A DNA stretch of 64,000 nucleotides from Clostridiales bacterium (GTDB taxonomy: Bacteria; Bacillota; Proteinivoracia; UBA4975; PWLI01): assembly GCA_003559415.1 (NCBI GenBank), contig PWLI01000011.1, positions 3,618 to 67,617 of the forward strand. Reading direction: 5' to 3'. The notes under the pieces are model-generated. The model did no database searches, was not told the DNA's origin, and was given only the letters and a program-made list of their open reading frames with translations. The position numbers were made by a program, and so were the translations under genes. Position 1 is the first letter of the stretch; each line of letters opens with the position of its first letter. Positions 11,984 through 21,953 of the stretch are shown here, in pieces.

Positions 11984-13360
11984 GTGGAGCCTGTGTACGC
12001 AGAAGATACCATAGCCGCGGCGGCAACGGCACCCGGCCCTGGCGGGGTAGGCATAGTCCGCGTCAGCGGAACCCGGGCCCGGGAAGCAACCCAGGCCCTT
12101 TTTGAGTTTTCTGCTCCCCCTGACAACGTTCAGCCACGGAAAATGTACTATGGTGCTTTTTCAGACCAGCAGGGCCGGGAAATTGATTCGGGGTTCTGGG
12201 TTTGGTTTAACCCGCCTGCCACATTTACCGGAGAAGAAGTGGTTGAGCTTCATTGTCATGGTGGCATGTTGATTATCCGCAGAATACTCCAGGCCCTTTA
12301 CGCACAGGGCGTTCGCCCCGCTGAGCGGGGAGAGTTTACCCGCCGGGCCTTTGTAAATGGCAAACTGGACCTTTCCCGGGCAGAGGCGGTGGCAGATTTA
12401 ATTGGAGCCCGCAGCGACAGGGCGCTGGACTTGGCCCGGGCCCAATATGAGGGCTCAATCGCCAACAAGACAGAACAGCTTCGCCAACAAATGACCCAGC
12501 TGCTGGCCAGCCTGGAGGTCACAATTGATTATCCAGAAATGGACCTGGATGAACAACAAAAGGAACGCCTTCTTCAGCAGGCGACACAAGTTGTCGAAGA
12601 ACTGAAGATGTTGGCAGCGACTTACAGCCGCGGGCGCTTGTATCGGGAAGGGCTGTCCACAGTAATACTGGGGCGCCCCAACGTGGGCAAGTCTTCGTTG
12701 CTGAACCTGCTTTCCGGAGAGGACAGGGCCATAGTCACCGACATCCCCGGCACCACCAGGGACGCCCTGGAAGTGGCTGTGAGCATCAGGGGCATACCCC
12801 TTACTTTGATTGACACTGCCGGCATCAGAAGCCCGGAAGGGCTGGTGGAGCAGCTTGGTGTGGACAAGGCCCGCCGCCTGGCGACAGCGGCAGACCTGGT
12901 AATAATTTTGTTTGACGGTTCGTTGCCCCTGTCGGAACAGGACATGGAGCTGTTAAAAATGTCTCCTCCGGCCAAGACACTGTGTGTGATAAACAAAAGC
13001 GATTTGCCCCAACAACTGGATGCAGAAACGTTGCGCAAACATGGGGCAGAAAGATGTTGCAGCATTTCAGTCCTCCGCCAGGAGGGTATAGAGCAGCTGG
13101 AAGAGGGAATTGAAAAAATGTTCGCCCTCTCAGAGGGATTTGACGGACAGGTTGTCATAACAAGCCAGCGGCATTTTGAAACACTGACCCGTGCTATTGC
13201 CCTGTTGGAAGAGGCGGTGGCGGGTTGGAGCACCCTTCCGCTGGACGTGTTGGCGCAACAGGTAAGAGAGGCGTGGCAAGCGCTGGGTGAGATAACCGGC
13301 AAGACGTACACGGAAGATCTTCTGGATGTAATATTTTCTCAGTTTTGCCTGGGCAAATAG
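11984..13360 (+). CDS. mnmE: tRNA modification GTPase MnmE
   Basis: 458 aa. DTIAAAATAPGPGGVGIVRVSG N-domain, G-domain GRPNVGKSSLLN...DIPGTTRD...DTAG, and C-terminal ...CLGK. Confidence 0.95.
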   Translation: MEPVYAEDTIAAAATAPGPGGVGIVRVSGTRAREATQALFEFSAPPDNVQPRKMYYGAFSDQQGREIDSGFWVWFNPPATFTGEEVVELHCHGGMLIIRRILQALYAQGVRPAERGEFTRRAFVNGKLDLSRAEAVADLIGARSDRALDLARAQYEGSIANKTEQLRQQMTQLLASLEVTIDYPEMDLDEQQKERLLQQATQVVEELKMLAATYSRGRLYREGLSTVILGRPNVGKSSLLNLLSGEDRAIVTDIPGTTRDALEVAVSIRGIPLTLIDTAGIRSPEGLVEQLGVDKARRLATAADLVIILFDGSLPLSEQDMELLKMSPPAKTLCVINKSDLPQQLDAETLRKHGAERCCSISVLRQEGIEQLEEGIEKMFALSEGFDGQVVITSQRHFETLTRAIALLEEAVAGWSTLPLDVLAQQVREAWQALGEITGKTYTEDLLDVIFSQFCLGK

Positions 13361-13371
13361 GGGGCGGGCTT

Positions 13372-15228
13372 ATGAAGGAGCAGCTTTATGATGTTATTGT
13401 CATAGGGGCAGGGCATGCCGGGTGTGAGGCGGCGCTGGCATCTGCAAGGATGGGCTGCAGCACACTGTTGCTGACCATGAGTTTGGACAACGTTGCCCTT
13501 ATGCCCTGCAATCCGGCTATTGGCGGCCCTGCCAAGGCCCACTTGGTGTTTGAGATAGATGCCTTGGGTGGAGAAATGGGCAGAAACATCAACCAGTCCA
13601 TGATTCAGGTTCGCATGCTTAACACCAACAAGGGCGCGGCGGTTCGCTCGCTGAGGGCCCAGGCCGACAAAGGTGCTTACCAGCGCCGCATGAAACGTGT
13701 GTTGGAGCAGCAACCGGGGCTTCATCTCAAACAGGCAGTGGTGGAGAAGTTGGACACAAGTCAAACCTCACCACATGTGGTGGAAACCAACCTGGGAACC
13801 CGTTACCGTGGACACAACATTGTGGTCACTTCCGGGACCTACATGAGCGCCAAAATTATAGTGGGTGATGTGGTCTGGCAGGGTGGACCCAATGCCATGA
13901 TGGGCCCTTCCGGACTGTCTCGGTGTCTAACTGATCTGGGGTTTGAGCAGGTGCGCTTCAAAACCGGAACACCTCCCCGGGTAGATGGCAAAACCCTGGA
14001 TTTTTTCCGCATGGAGCCCCAACCGGGGGACGACTGCAAACACAGCTTTTCTTTTTATTCTTCGCCGGTTTTGGACAAACAAGAGCTGTGCTGGCTGACT
14101 CACACCACCGAAGAAACACACAGCATTATCCGCGACAACTTGCACAGGGCTCCCTTGTATACCGGCATGATCCAGGGTGTGGGCCCACGCTACTGCCCTT
14201 CCATAGAGGACAAAGTTGTGCGGTTTGCCGACAAAAACAGGCACCAGCTGTTTTTGGAGCCGGAAGGGCGCTCAACCGATGAATACTATGTCCAGGGAAT
14301 GTCCACCAGCCTGCCGGAGGATGTCCAGGAGCAGTTTCTGCGCAGCATACCTGGAATGGAGAAAGTGGATATAATCCGGCCGGGATATGCAATAGAGTAC
14401 GATGTTGTGGTTCCCACACAGCTAAAACTTACCCTGGAAAGCAAGGCCTGCCCCGGGTTGTTTTTTGCCGGGCAAATCAATGGCACTTCCGGGTACGAAG
14501 AAGCTGCCGCCCAGGGCCTGATGGCGGGCATTAATGCCGCCCGGCGGGTACAGGGCAAACCGCCGGTGGTATTGCCCCGCTCCCAGGCATATATTGGAGT
14601 GCTGTTGGATGACTTGGTGGTCAAGGGACCGGAAGAGCCTTACCGCATGCTGACTTCCCGGGCAGAGTTCCGCCTGTTGCTTCGCCAGGACAATGCCGAC
14701 AAGCGGCTTTCGCCCCTGGGACATGAGTTGGGCTTGTTGCCGGAAGAAGACTTCCAAAGGTATAAAAACAAGCAAGGGGAAGTAGAAGGGCTTGTTTGCT
14801 GGGCGCACGGGCAAAAACTCAAACCAGAACAGGCGAACCAACACCTGGGTGACAGTACATGTCAGCAAGTTTCCGAAACTGTGCTGTTGGCAGACCTTTT
14901 GCGCCGCCCCGGCGTGAGCATGGAAAGTTTCCGTAAAATGTTTGACAAACAGTATGGCGCAACGGCGGTCCAGGCAGCCGAGACGGAAATCAAATACCAG
15001 GGATACATCGAAAAGCAGCAAAAACAGGTGGAACAGATGCAAAAAATGGAGGAAGTCAAGATACCGGAGCAACTTGATTTTTCCCACATTGCCGGCTTGT
15101 CCCGGGAAGGGCGGGATAAGCTCAGCGCCCACCGGCCCCAGACTCTGGGCCAGGCTTCCCGCATTCCCGGAGTCTCTCCCGCCGATGTGTCTTTGCTGTC
15201 CATACACATAAAGGCGGCGAGATCATGA
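13372..15228 (+). CDS. mnmG: tRNA uridine 5-carboxymethylaminomethyl modification enzyme MnmG/GidA
   Basis: MKEQLYDVIVIGAGHAGCEAALA is an FAD-binding Rossmann N-terminus. RBS AAATAGGGGG lies upstream of the ATG at 13372. The ORF-track start at 13345 would overlap the mnmE stop. Confidence 0.95.
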   Translation: MKEQLYDVIVIGAGHAGCEAALASARMGCSTLLLTMSLDNVALMPCNPAIGGPAKAHLVFEIDALGGEMGRNINQSMIQVRMLNTNKGAAVRSLRAQADKGAYQRRMKRVLEQQPGLHLKQAVVEKLDTSQTSPHVVETNLGTRYRGHNIVVTSGTYMSAKIIVGDVVWQGGPNAMMGPSGLSRCLTDLGFEQVRFKTGTPPRVDGKTLDFFRMEPQPGDDCKHSFSFYSSPVLDKQELCWLTHTTEETHSIIRDNLHRAPLYTGMIQGVGPRYCPSIEDKVVRFADKNRHQLFLEPEGRSTDEYYVQGMSTSLPEDVQEQFLRSIPGMEKVDIIRPGYAIEYDVVVPTQLKLTLESKACPGLFFAGQINGTSGYEEAAAQGLMAGINAARRVQGKPPVVLPRSQAYIGVLLDDLVVKGPEEPYRMLTSRAEFRLLLRQDNADKRLSPLGHELGLLPEEDFQRYKNKQGEVEGLVCWAHGQKLKPEQANQHLGDSTCQQVSETVLLADLLRRPGVSMESFRKMFDKQYGATAVQAAETEIKYQGYIEKQQKQVEQMQKMEEVKIPEQLDFSHIAGLSREGRDKLSAHRPQTLGQASRIPGVSPADVSLLSIHIKAARS

Positions 15229-15929
15229 ATGCTGCAAAGATAAGCGAAACCCTTGCTGCCCTTGGGCTGCCGGGTGCAGAGCAGGCAGAGAAAATTGCCA
15301 AATATTTCCATTTAGTGGTGGACTGGAACCGCCGCATCAACCTTACGGCAATCACCGACCCGGAGCAGTTTCTGGTCCGTCATGTTATCGATTGCCTGTG
15401 GTTGGCCAGGGCTGAAACCCCCCGGGGCGCGCTGGCTGATGTGGGCAGCGGCGCAGGCTTTCCCGGCCTGCTGCTGGCGCTGTGCCTGCCCCACCTGCAA
15501 GTGACGATGATTGATGCCACAGAAAAGAGAGTGGGTTTTTTGCGCCACTGCTGCCGTCAGTTGCATATTGATGCCACAGTGATCCACGACAGGGCAGAAA
15601 CGCTGGGGCATTCGGCCGCCAGGGAGAGCTTTGACTGGGTGGTGGCCCGGGCGTTGGCGCCGCTGCCCGTTCTGGCAGAATACTGCTTGCCGCTGACCAG
15701 GGTTGGCGGTGTGTTCGTTGCATACAAGGGGCCGGCAGTTGAACAGGAAGTAAGGCAAGCGACAAATGCCATAGCTCTTTTGGGAGGAAAAGTCCGGGAG
15801 CAACATTGTTATCAGTTGCCCGACGGGAGTGAACGTTCATTGGTTGTTGTTGAAAAACAAACAACAACCCTGGAAAAATTCCCCCGGCGTCCGGGCATGC
15901 CGGCAAGAAGACCCCTTGGCAGCGGCTAG
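15225..15929 (+). CDS. rsmG: 16S rRNA (guanine527-N7)-methyltransferase RsmG/GidB
   Basis: 234 aa. ...WNRRINLTAITDPEQFLVRHVIDCL...DVGSGAGFPGL... are the SAM-methyltransferase motifs. Confidence 0.9.
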   Translation: MNAAKISETLAALGLPGAEQAEKIAKYFHLVVDWNRRINLTAITDPEQFLVRHVIDCLWLARAETPRGALADVGSGAGFPGLLLALCLPHLQVTMIDATEKRVGFLRHCCRQLHIDATVIHDRAETLGHSAARESFDWVVARALAPLPVLAEYCLPLTRVGGVFVAYKGPAVEQEVRQATNAIALLGGKVREQHCYQLPDGSERSLVVVEKQTTTLEKFPRRPGMPARRPLGSG

Positions 15930-16005
15930 GGGTTTTTTTACTGCAGGAAATGACCCAAAGATTGGCGAATACTGTATTACCTTGGAATTGGAAGGAGCTT
16001 CTTGG

Positions 16006-16830
16006 ATGTCTGAAGGTATTGGTAAAAATTTCCCCGGAACACTGCAGGGACAGGGCGAAGTCAGGGACATCCCCTGTGACGAAATTAAACCCAACCCCTT
16101 TCAGCCCCGCCAGGCCTTTGACCAGGCGGCGTTGGAGGAACTGGCACAATCCATCAAAACATATGGTGTGCTGCAGCCGATTATAGCCCGTCCCTGGGGC
16201 ACAGGCTACCAATTGGTGGTGGGAGAGCGTCGGCTTCGGGCTTGCAAAATGTTGGACAGGCAGACAATTCCCGCCTTTGTCAAAGAGATTAACGACTCTG
16301 CCATGGCAGCGATTGCCCTGATTGAAAACTTGCAAAGAGAAAACCTGGACTATTTTGAGGAAGCAGAGGGCTACAGGCGGCTGCTGGAAGAGTTCGGGTT
16401 TACCCAGGAAGCACTGGCACAGCGGCTGGGCAAGAGCCAGTCGACAATTGCCAACAAGCTCAGGTTGCTCAGGCTGCCTGACGAGATAAGGGAGCAGCTG
16501 TCCGCTGCCGGCCTTAGCGAACGTCACGCCCGGGCACTGCTGAGGATTTCCCATGCAGACAACTGCCGTCAGGTGCTGACCAAAATCATCAACATGGGGC
16601 TCAATGTCCGCCAGACGGAAAATCTTATAGAGAATTTGCTGCAAGACAGCCCCCCGGCTGACACGGGAGGAACGCAAAAATTTATAATCAAGGACTTTCG
16701 GGTGGTGCTCAACACCATCGGCCAGGCAGTTGCTGCCATTGAACAAACAGGCCTGCGGCCGACAATGACTCACAGTGAAAACGAAGAGTTTTTTGAAGTA
16801 GTCATTCGGCTGCCCAAAGAAGGGAGATAG
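16006..16830 (+). CDS. noc: Nucleoid occlusion protein Noc (ParB-family paralog)
   Basis: ParB N-domain GVLQPIIARP...GYQLVVGERRLRA followed by an HTH. It is the first of two ParB paralogs after rsmG, as in B. subtilis yyaA/noc. Start chosen at the ATG at 16006 with RBS GGAAGGAG. The ORF track extends it to 15829, which would overlap rsmG. Confidence 0.72.
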   Translation: MSEGIGKNFPGTLQGQGEVRDIPCDEIKPNPFQPRQAFDQAALEELAQSIKTYGVLQPIIARPWGTGYQLVVGERRLRACKMLDRQTIPAFVKEINDSAMAAIALIENLQRENLDYFEEAEGYRRLLEEFGFTQEALAQRLGKSQSTIANKLRLLRLPDEIREQLSAAGLSERHARALLRISHADNCRQVLTKIINMGLNVRQTENLIENLLQDSPPADTGGTQKFIIKDFRVVLNTIGQAVAAIEQTGLRPTMTHSENEEFFEVVIRLPKEGR

Positions 16831-16834
16831 TGAA

Positions 16835-17593
16835 GTGGGGAAAGTAATAGCCATAACCAACCAAAAAGGCGGGGTAGGCAAGACCACGACCGCAATAAAC
16901 CTGGGCGCCAGCCTGGCCCATCTGGGGAAAAAAGTTTTACTGCTGGACATAGACCCCCAGGGCAACACAACCAGCGGGGTGTGGGTTCAAAAGCAAAGCA
17001 TCAAGCGCTGCGTTTATGATGTTTTGGTTTCCGGCTTCTCCCTGGATGCAATAATAATGCCTACAGCAGTTGAGAGGCTTTGGGTGGCTCCTGCTTCCAT
17101 TCAACTGGCTGGTGCCGAGATAGAGTTGGTCCCATCCATGTCCCGTGAAGACAAACTGCGCCAACAGATGGAGCCGGTTCGTGACGATTATGACTACACG
17201 CTGATTGACTGCCCGCCGTCTTTGGGCCTGTTGACAATCAACGCACTGACTGCCGCCGATTCAGTGTTGGTGCCGATTCAGTGTGAGTATTATGCGCTTG
17301 AGGGCCTGAGCCAGCTTATCAACACCGTGAAGCTGGTGCAAAAGCATCTCAACAAAAGCCTAACTTTGCAAGGGGCGTTGCTGACAATGTACGACCCCCG
17401 GACGAACTTGTCGGCCCAGGTTGTTTCAGAAGTAAAGGCCTACTTTGGCGATCAGGTCTACGATACCATCGTTCCCCGAAGTGTCAGGCTGAGCGAGGCG
17501 CCCAGCTATGGACAGACGATACTTGATTATGACCCCCGGTCCAAGGGTGCTGAAGTGTATATGAAGTTGGCTGAGGAGGTGTTGGCACAGTGA
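16835..17593 (+). CDS. soj: Chromosome partitioning ATPase ParA/Soj (GTG start)
   Basis: 252 aa. Deviant Walker A KGGVGKTTTAINLGA. Confidence 0.92.
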   Translation: MGKVIAITNQKGGVGKTTTAINLGASLAHLGKKVLLLDIDPQGNTTSGVWVQKQSIKRCVYDVLVSGFSLDAIIMPTAVERLWVAPASIQLAGAEIELVPSMSREDKLRQQMEPVRDDYDYTLIDCPPSLGLLTINALTAADSVLVPIQCEYYALEGLSQLINTVKLVQKHLNKSLTLQGALLTMYDPRTNLSAQVVSEVKAYFGDQVYDTIVPRSVRLSEAPSYGQTILDYDPRSKGAEVYMKLAEEVLAQ

Positions 17594-18414
17594 GCGCCAC
17601 CAGAAGGGGCTTGGGCAGAGGTTTGGGCGCCCTGATCCCCACCGGAGAAGAGCAACAGGACTCGGAGCAGATTGCTGTTGAGGAAATAAAGTCCAACAAC
17701 TTTCAACCCAGAAAAAACTTTGACCCCACTGCCCTGGAGGAACTTGCCCAGTCCATCAAGGAACACGGGGTGCTGCAACCAGTGGTGGTTCGCCCCGTTC
17801 CCGGCGGGTACCAGCTGGTGGTTGGAGAGCGGCGCATGCGGGCTGCAAAGATGGTGGGGATGGAGACCATCCCGGCCGTTGTCATGGAGCTCACCGATCG
17901 GCAAATGGCAGAAATTGCCCTGATTGAGAACCTGCAGCGGGAAGACTTAAACCCCATGGAAGAGGCAGTGGCGTACAGCCGCCTGCTGGAAGATTTTGAC
18001 CTTACCCAGGATGCCCTGGCGCTGCGCCTGGGCAAAAGCCGCCCGGCAATTGCCAATACGTTGCGGCTGCTCAGCCTTGATCCCCAAGTCCAGCAGATGA
18101 TTGAGGATGGCAAGCTGTCAGCGGGCCATGGGCGGACGCTGTTGTCGTTGCCACAGGAAGAGCAGGCAGCGGCGGCCCGGGAAATGTTGAACACGGGCCT
18201 TACCGTTCGCAAGGCAGAACAGAAGCACGGAAAAAAAAGAAAAGCCGCCCCCGCGCCCTTGAGCCCCAACCTGGCCGAGGTGCAGCAGCAGCTGATGGAG
18301 GCGCTGGGCACAAAAGTGGCGATTGAAGACAAGGGCCAACGGGGCAAGATAGTGATAGACTACTACTCGCCCGACGACGCCAACAGAATTGTCAAGCGCA
18401 TCCTGGACAGATAA
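17590..18414 (+). CDS. spo0J: Chromosome partitioning protein ParB/Spo0J (GTG start)
   Basis: 274 aa. GVLQPVVVRPV..GYQLVVGERRMRAA ParB box, an HTH, and a C-terminal dimerisation domain. Confidence 0.9.
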   Translation: MSATRRGLGRGLGALIPTGEEQQDSEQIAVEEIKSNNFQPRKNFDPTALEELAQSIKEHGVLQPVVVRPVPGGYQLVVGERRMRAAKMVGMETIPAVVMELTDRQMAEIALIENLQREDLNPMEEAVAYSRLLEDFDLTQDALALRLGKSRPAIANTLRLLSLDPQVQQMIEDGKLSAGHGRTLLSLPQEEQAAAAREMLNTGLTVRKAEQKHGKKRKAAPAPLSPNLAEVQQQLMEALGTKVAIEDKGQRGKIVIDYYSPDDANRIVKRILDR

Positions 18415-18421
18415 CATGGAC

Positions 18422-18437
18422 TGTTTCACATGAAACA
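18422..18437. other. parS-like site (one mismatch to consensus)
   Basis: TGTTTCACaTGAAACA lies inside the 18-bp perfect palindrome CTGTTTCACATGAAACAG. The parS consensus is TGTTNCACGTGAAACA. Confidence 0.6.
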
Positions 18438-18444
18438 GCTGTTG

Positions 18445-18460
18445 TGTTTCACGTGAAACA
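18445..18460. other. parS site (perfect consensus)
   Basis: TGTTTCACGTGAAACA is a 16-bp perfect palindrome. It sits 7 nt after the first site and 30 nt after the spo0J stop. Confidence 0.8.
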
Positions 18461-18473
18461 AAGGAGGCAGCAG

Positions 18474-19598
18474 ATGATATACCTGGACAATGCCGCCACC
18501 AGCTGGCCCAAGCCGGAGGAGGTTTATTCCCGGGCTGACAAAGTGCTCCGAAGCGCAGCAAACCCCGGCCGCGGGGGCCATCGCTTTTCCCGCCAGTCGG
18601 CAGAGGCCCTTTTGCTGGCCCGGGAGGCGATGGCCTCATTCTTTTCCGTGCCAGACTCCCGGCAAGTTATATTTACATCGGGCGCCACCCATGGGCTTAA
18701 CATGGTTTTGTTGGGGCTGCCCGGGGTGAAGAGGATAATTTCTACAGGGTCCGAGCACAACTCGATCTGGCGCCCCTTGGAGTTTTTGCGTCAGCACCGG
18801 GACGTAGAAGTGGAATATGTAGAGTCAGGCGAAAACCTGGAAGATCTGAAAAAGTCTCTGGCCCGGCCTGCAGACCTGGTGGTGGTTACCCACGCTTCCA
18901 ATGTGACAGGGCATATTTACCCGCTGGAAGAAATAGTCTCACAGGCCCACGCTGCCGGCGCCCTGGTGCTGGCCGACGTCTCCCAGTCAGCAGGGGTGCT
19001 GCCGCTGGACTTTGTGGGGATTGGCCTTGATTTCGCCTCTTTCCCCGGGCACAAAGGGTTGTTGGGCCCCCCGGGCAGCGGTGGGATGTACGTCAGGCCG
19101 GGACTGGAGTTGACACCTCTGATGCTGGGAGGTACGGGAGCCAACTCCCATGATCCAGGCCCTCCGCCGGCCTTGCCCGACCGTTACGAAAGCGGGACTG
19201 TCAACCTGTCTGGCATTGCCGGCATGGCTGCCGGGGCAGAATTTTTACAGAACTATGGGCTGGACAAGGTGCTCTCCCATGAGCTTGACTTGCGCCGGCA
19301 AGCGGCCCAGGGGTTGTGTGGCCTGGGGGCACAGGTTTATGTCCCCGATGGCAAGACGGTGGGAGTGCTTTCCTTTAACCTGCCGGGCATTGACTCAGGT
19401 GATGTGGCAGGGATACTGGACGAGGTCTATGGCATTGCCGTCCGTGGCGGGCTTCATTGTTCGCCCCGTTCCCATGATGCCCTGGGAACATCGCATCAGG
19501 GCACAGTGCGCATCAGTCCGGGCCTTTTCAACTCTGCCCGGGATATTGACCAGTTGCTGACAGCGGTAGAAGAGATTATTGGCCAGGGTAGGAGGTAG
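18474..19598 (+). CDS. Class-V aminotransferase / cysteine desulfurase-family PLP enzyme
   Basis: MIYLDNAATSWPKPEEV..., PLP-lysine context ...SFPGHKGLLGPPGSGGMYVR. RBS AAAGGAGG just upstream of the ATG at 18474. The ORF track begins at a GTG inside parS. Confidence 0.85.
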   Translation: MIYLDNAATSWPKPEEVYSRADKVLRSAANPGRGGHRFSRQSAEALLLAREAMASFFSVPDSRQVIFTSGATHGLNMVLLGLPGVKRIISTGSEHNSIWRPLEFLRQHRDVEVEYVESGENLEDLKKSLARPADLVVVTHASNVTGHIYPLEEIVSQAHAAGALVLADVSQSAGVLPLDFVGIGLDFASFPGHKGLLGPPGSGGMYVRPGLELTPLMLGGTGANSHDPGPPPALPDRYESGTVNLSGIAGMAAGAEFLQNYGLDKVLSHELDLRRQAAQGLCGLGAQVYVPDGKTVGVLSFNLPGIDSGDVAGILDEVYGIAVRGGLHCSPRSHDALGTSHQGTVRISPGLFNSARDIDQLLTAVEEIIGQGRR

Positions 19599-19601
19599 GC
19601 A

Positions 19602-20294
19602 ATGCTCGGTACTATTGTAAACAGTTTGGCGATTGTTGTGGGTGGGGTGGTCGGTTGGACAGTCGGCCGCTGGTTTCCTGTTAAAATGCGGGAAATGATC
19701 TTGGCGGGCCTGGGGCTGGTGGTTTTTGTCGCAGGAGTTGAGATGGCTCTGAGTTGGTCCGGGACAATCCTGATTGTGATTGTTTCTGTTGTGCTGGGCA
19801 CGGCAATTGGCGAGCTTTTGGGCATAGAAAGGGGCTTGCAGGCATTGGGCGCCTGGCTTCAGCGCCAGGTGGGGGCCCGGGTAAAAGGGAACTTTGCCCA
19901 GGGATTTATCTATGCCTCTCTTGTATATTGTGTTGGCCCCATGGCAATACTGGGGGCAATGGAAAGCGGCATACAGGGCAACCACAGCATTTTGTTTGCC
20001 AAGGCTTCAATAGACGGCATCACCGCCATTGCCTTTGCGGCCACCCTGGGTCCGGGGGTTGTCTTGGCGGCAGTTCCGGTTTTGCTTTACCAGGGAGGCT
20101 TGACGTTGGGTGCCTTGGGGTTGGCGGACATAGTTGCTGTGGCCTCTGCCCAGATTACTGCCACAGGGGGAATTCTAATCATGGCTCTGGGACTGAAAAT
20201 GCTAAGCATAAAGGATATTAGTGTGGCTAACATGCTGCCGGCGTTGCCGCTGGCGGCGCTGCTGGCAATGCTTTTTGAAAAGGTGTTGATGTAG
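19602..20294 (+). CDS. DUF554-family (YqgA-like) integral membrane protein
   Basis: 230 aa with 6-7 predicted TM helices and a Gly/Ala-rich repeat structure typical of DUF554. Confidence 0.55.
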   Translation: MLGTIVNSLAIVVGGVVGWTVGRWFPVKMREMILAGLGLVVFVAGVEMALSWSGTILIVIVSVVLGTAIGELLGIERGLQALGAWLQRQVGARVKGNFAQGFIYASLVYCVGPMAILGAMESGIQGNHSILFAKASIDGITAIAFAATLGPGVVLAAVPVLLYQGGLTLGALGLADIVAVASAQITATGGILIMALGLKMLSIKDISVANMLPALPLAALLAMLFEKVLM

Positions 20295-20295
20295 A

Positions 20296-21360
20296 GTGGA
20301 CACCCCCCGTGTTGTTGTCAGTGTCAAGCGTTTGCGCCATAACATTGAGGACATGGCTGATTTTGCCCGCTCCAAAGGAGTGAAGCTTCGTCCCCATGTC
20401 AAAGCTCATAAGACGGTGGAAATTGCCCGCATGCAAATGGATGCAGGCGCTTCTGGCATAACGGTGTCCAAGCTGGGGGAAGCAGAAGTGATGTTCGGGG
20501 CAGGCATTGGTGACATTCTGTTGGCTTATCCGCTGATTGGCAGGGAAAAGCTGGCCCGGGCCAGGGCGCTGATTCAGTCGGGATGCCAGCTTTCCTTTGT
20601 GGTTGATTCGGTGGAGGGAGCCCAGGCTCTTTTGGACCTGGGAATTTCCCGGCCTGTGGATGTGCTGGTGGAAGTGGACAGCGGCCTGCAGAGATGTGGG
20701 TTGCTGCCGGGCCAAGAACTTGTGGATTATTGCCGCTGGTTGGCGGGTCAGCCGGGGTTGAATCTGCGGGGGATAATGACCCATGCCGGTCATGTCTATG
20801 CATGCAGCAGCCCGGAGGAAGTGGAAAAAATTGGTAAAGAAGAGGCGTCAATTATGATTGATGTGGCATCCCGTCTGGGCCAGCAGGGCATAGCGGCGGA
20901 GGTGGTGAGCATAGGGGCCACGCCCACCGTCAAGCACGGCGGCGGCCACCCTGGCATTACAGAAATACGGCCCGGGAACTATGTGTTTTATGACGCCATG
21001 CAGGTGGCGCTGGGCGTTGTTGACGCACAACGATGCAGCCTTCATGTGGAGAGCACCGTTGTCAGCCGCCCCAACAGCAAAAGGGCCGTCATTGATGCCG
21101 GGGCAAAGGTGCTGGCCCTGGATGCGGGAGCCCACGGCAATAGATTGCTGAGTGGCTATGGACTTCTGTCGGATCAGCGGTGGTGCCTGGCCCGTTTATC
21201 GGAAGAGCATGGCATCATTGAAGGCCAAGACCTTCCGGAAATAGGGGAAACAATAAAAATTATCCCAAATCACGCCTGCCCGGTGGTAAATTTGGCCGAT
21301 GAACTGGTGCTTTCTCATGGCGGCAGCTGGCCGGTGGCCGCCCGGGGGAAGAGTCGCTGA
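20296..21360 (+). CDS. Alanine-racemase-N-domain PLP enzyme (D-serine dehydratase-like / D-threonine aldolase family)
   Basis: 354 aa. VKLRPHVKAHKTVEIARMQMDAGASGITVSKLGEAEVM matches Ala_racemase_N with a catalytic Lys. The C-terminal domain is D-serine-dehydratase-like. Confidence 0.7.
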   Translation: MDTPRVVVSVKRLRHNIEDMADFARSKGVKLRPHVKAHKTVEIARMQMDAGASGITVSKLGEAEVMFGAGIGDILLAYPLIGREKLARARALIQSGCQLSFVVDSVEGAQALLDLGISRPVDVLVEVDSGLQRCGLLPGQELVDYCRWLAGQPGLNLRGIMTHAGHVYACSSPEEVEKIGKEEASIMIDVASRLGQQGIAAEVVSIGATPTVKHGGGHPGITEIRPGNYVFYDAMQVALGVVDAQRCSLHVESTVVSRPNSKRAVIDAGAKVLALDAGAHGNRLLSGYGLLSDQRWCLARLSEEHGIIEGQDLPEIGETIKIIPNHACPVVNLADELVLSHGGSWPVAARGKSR

Positions 21361-21435
21361 CAAAACACTGGGTATTTTTCTTGCGGAAGCAGGAAAATCC
21401 GTGATGACAACGAAATGAATCTATGATAAACTGTC

Positions 21436-21936
21436 ATGTACGCTGAAGGAGAATGCACCATGGAGTTTCTGCAGCAACACACCCAAGAGCTAGTGGTGGC
21501 TGCTTTAGCCTTTTCTTACATAACAACCACTGTTGTTCTTTTCTTGCGCCTGCGCAACTATAAGCAGTTGTCCCGGCTTGCTCGGGGAGGCAATGTTGAA
21601 GATCATATTATGGAGCTGGAAAGACGGACCAAGGATCAGGCAAAAGAAATCAGCTCTCTCCAGGCACAATCGGATTCAATCTTTGAGCAACTGCGTCGCC
21701 ATCCTCATGTGTGGGAGCTTGTGCGCTACAATGCCTTCGAAGACACAGGCGGCGAATTAAGTTTTTCGCTGGCAATGGTTGATGATTATGGCACTGGTTT
21801 TGTGCTTTCAGCAATTCATGGCCGGGAAGAGTCCCGTACATACGCTAAAAAAATTGAAGGCGGCAAATCCCGGCATACTCTGTCTTCTGAAGAAAAAGAA
21901 GCACTGAAGTCTGCTTTGCAGAAAACCAAGCCGTAG
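21436..21936 (+). CDS. DUF4446-family protein (the true start may be Met9 at 21460)
   Basis: N-terminal TM helix, then ...FSLAMVDDYGTGFVLSAIHGREESRTYAKKI, a conserved DUF4446 core often encoded near parAB in Firmicutes. Confidence 0.5.
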   Translation: MYAEGECTMEFLQQHTQELVVAALAFSYITTTVVLFLRLRNYKQLSRLARGGNVEDHIMELERRTKDQAKEISSLQAQSDSIFEQLRRHPHVWELVRYNAFEDTGGELSFSLAMVDDYGTGFVLSAIHGREESRTYAKKIEGGKSRHTLSSEEKEALKSALQKTKP

Positions 21937-21953
21937 AAACTAATCGGGGGGGT

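Noticed and set aside
15385-16968. 527-aa minus-strand ORF spanning rsmG/noc
   Set aside because: It is antisense to two well-conserved genes. The product is Pro/Arg/Gly/Ala-rich low-complexity sequence typical of reverse frames in high-GC DNA, with no RBS.
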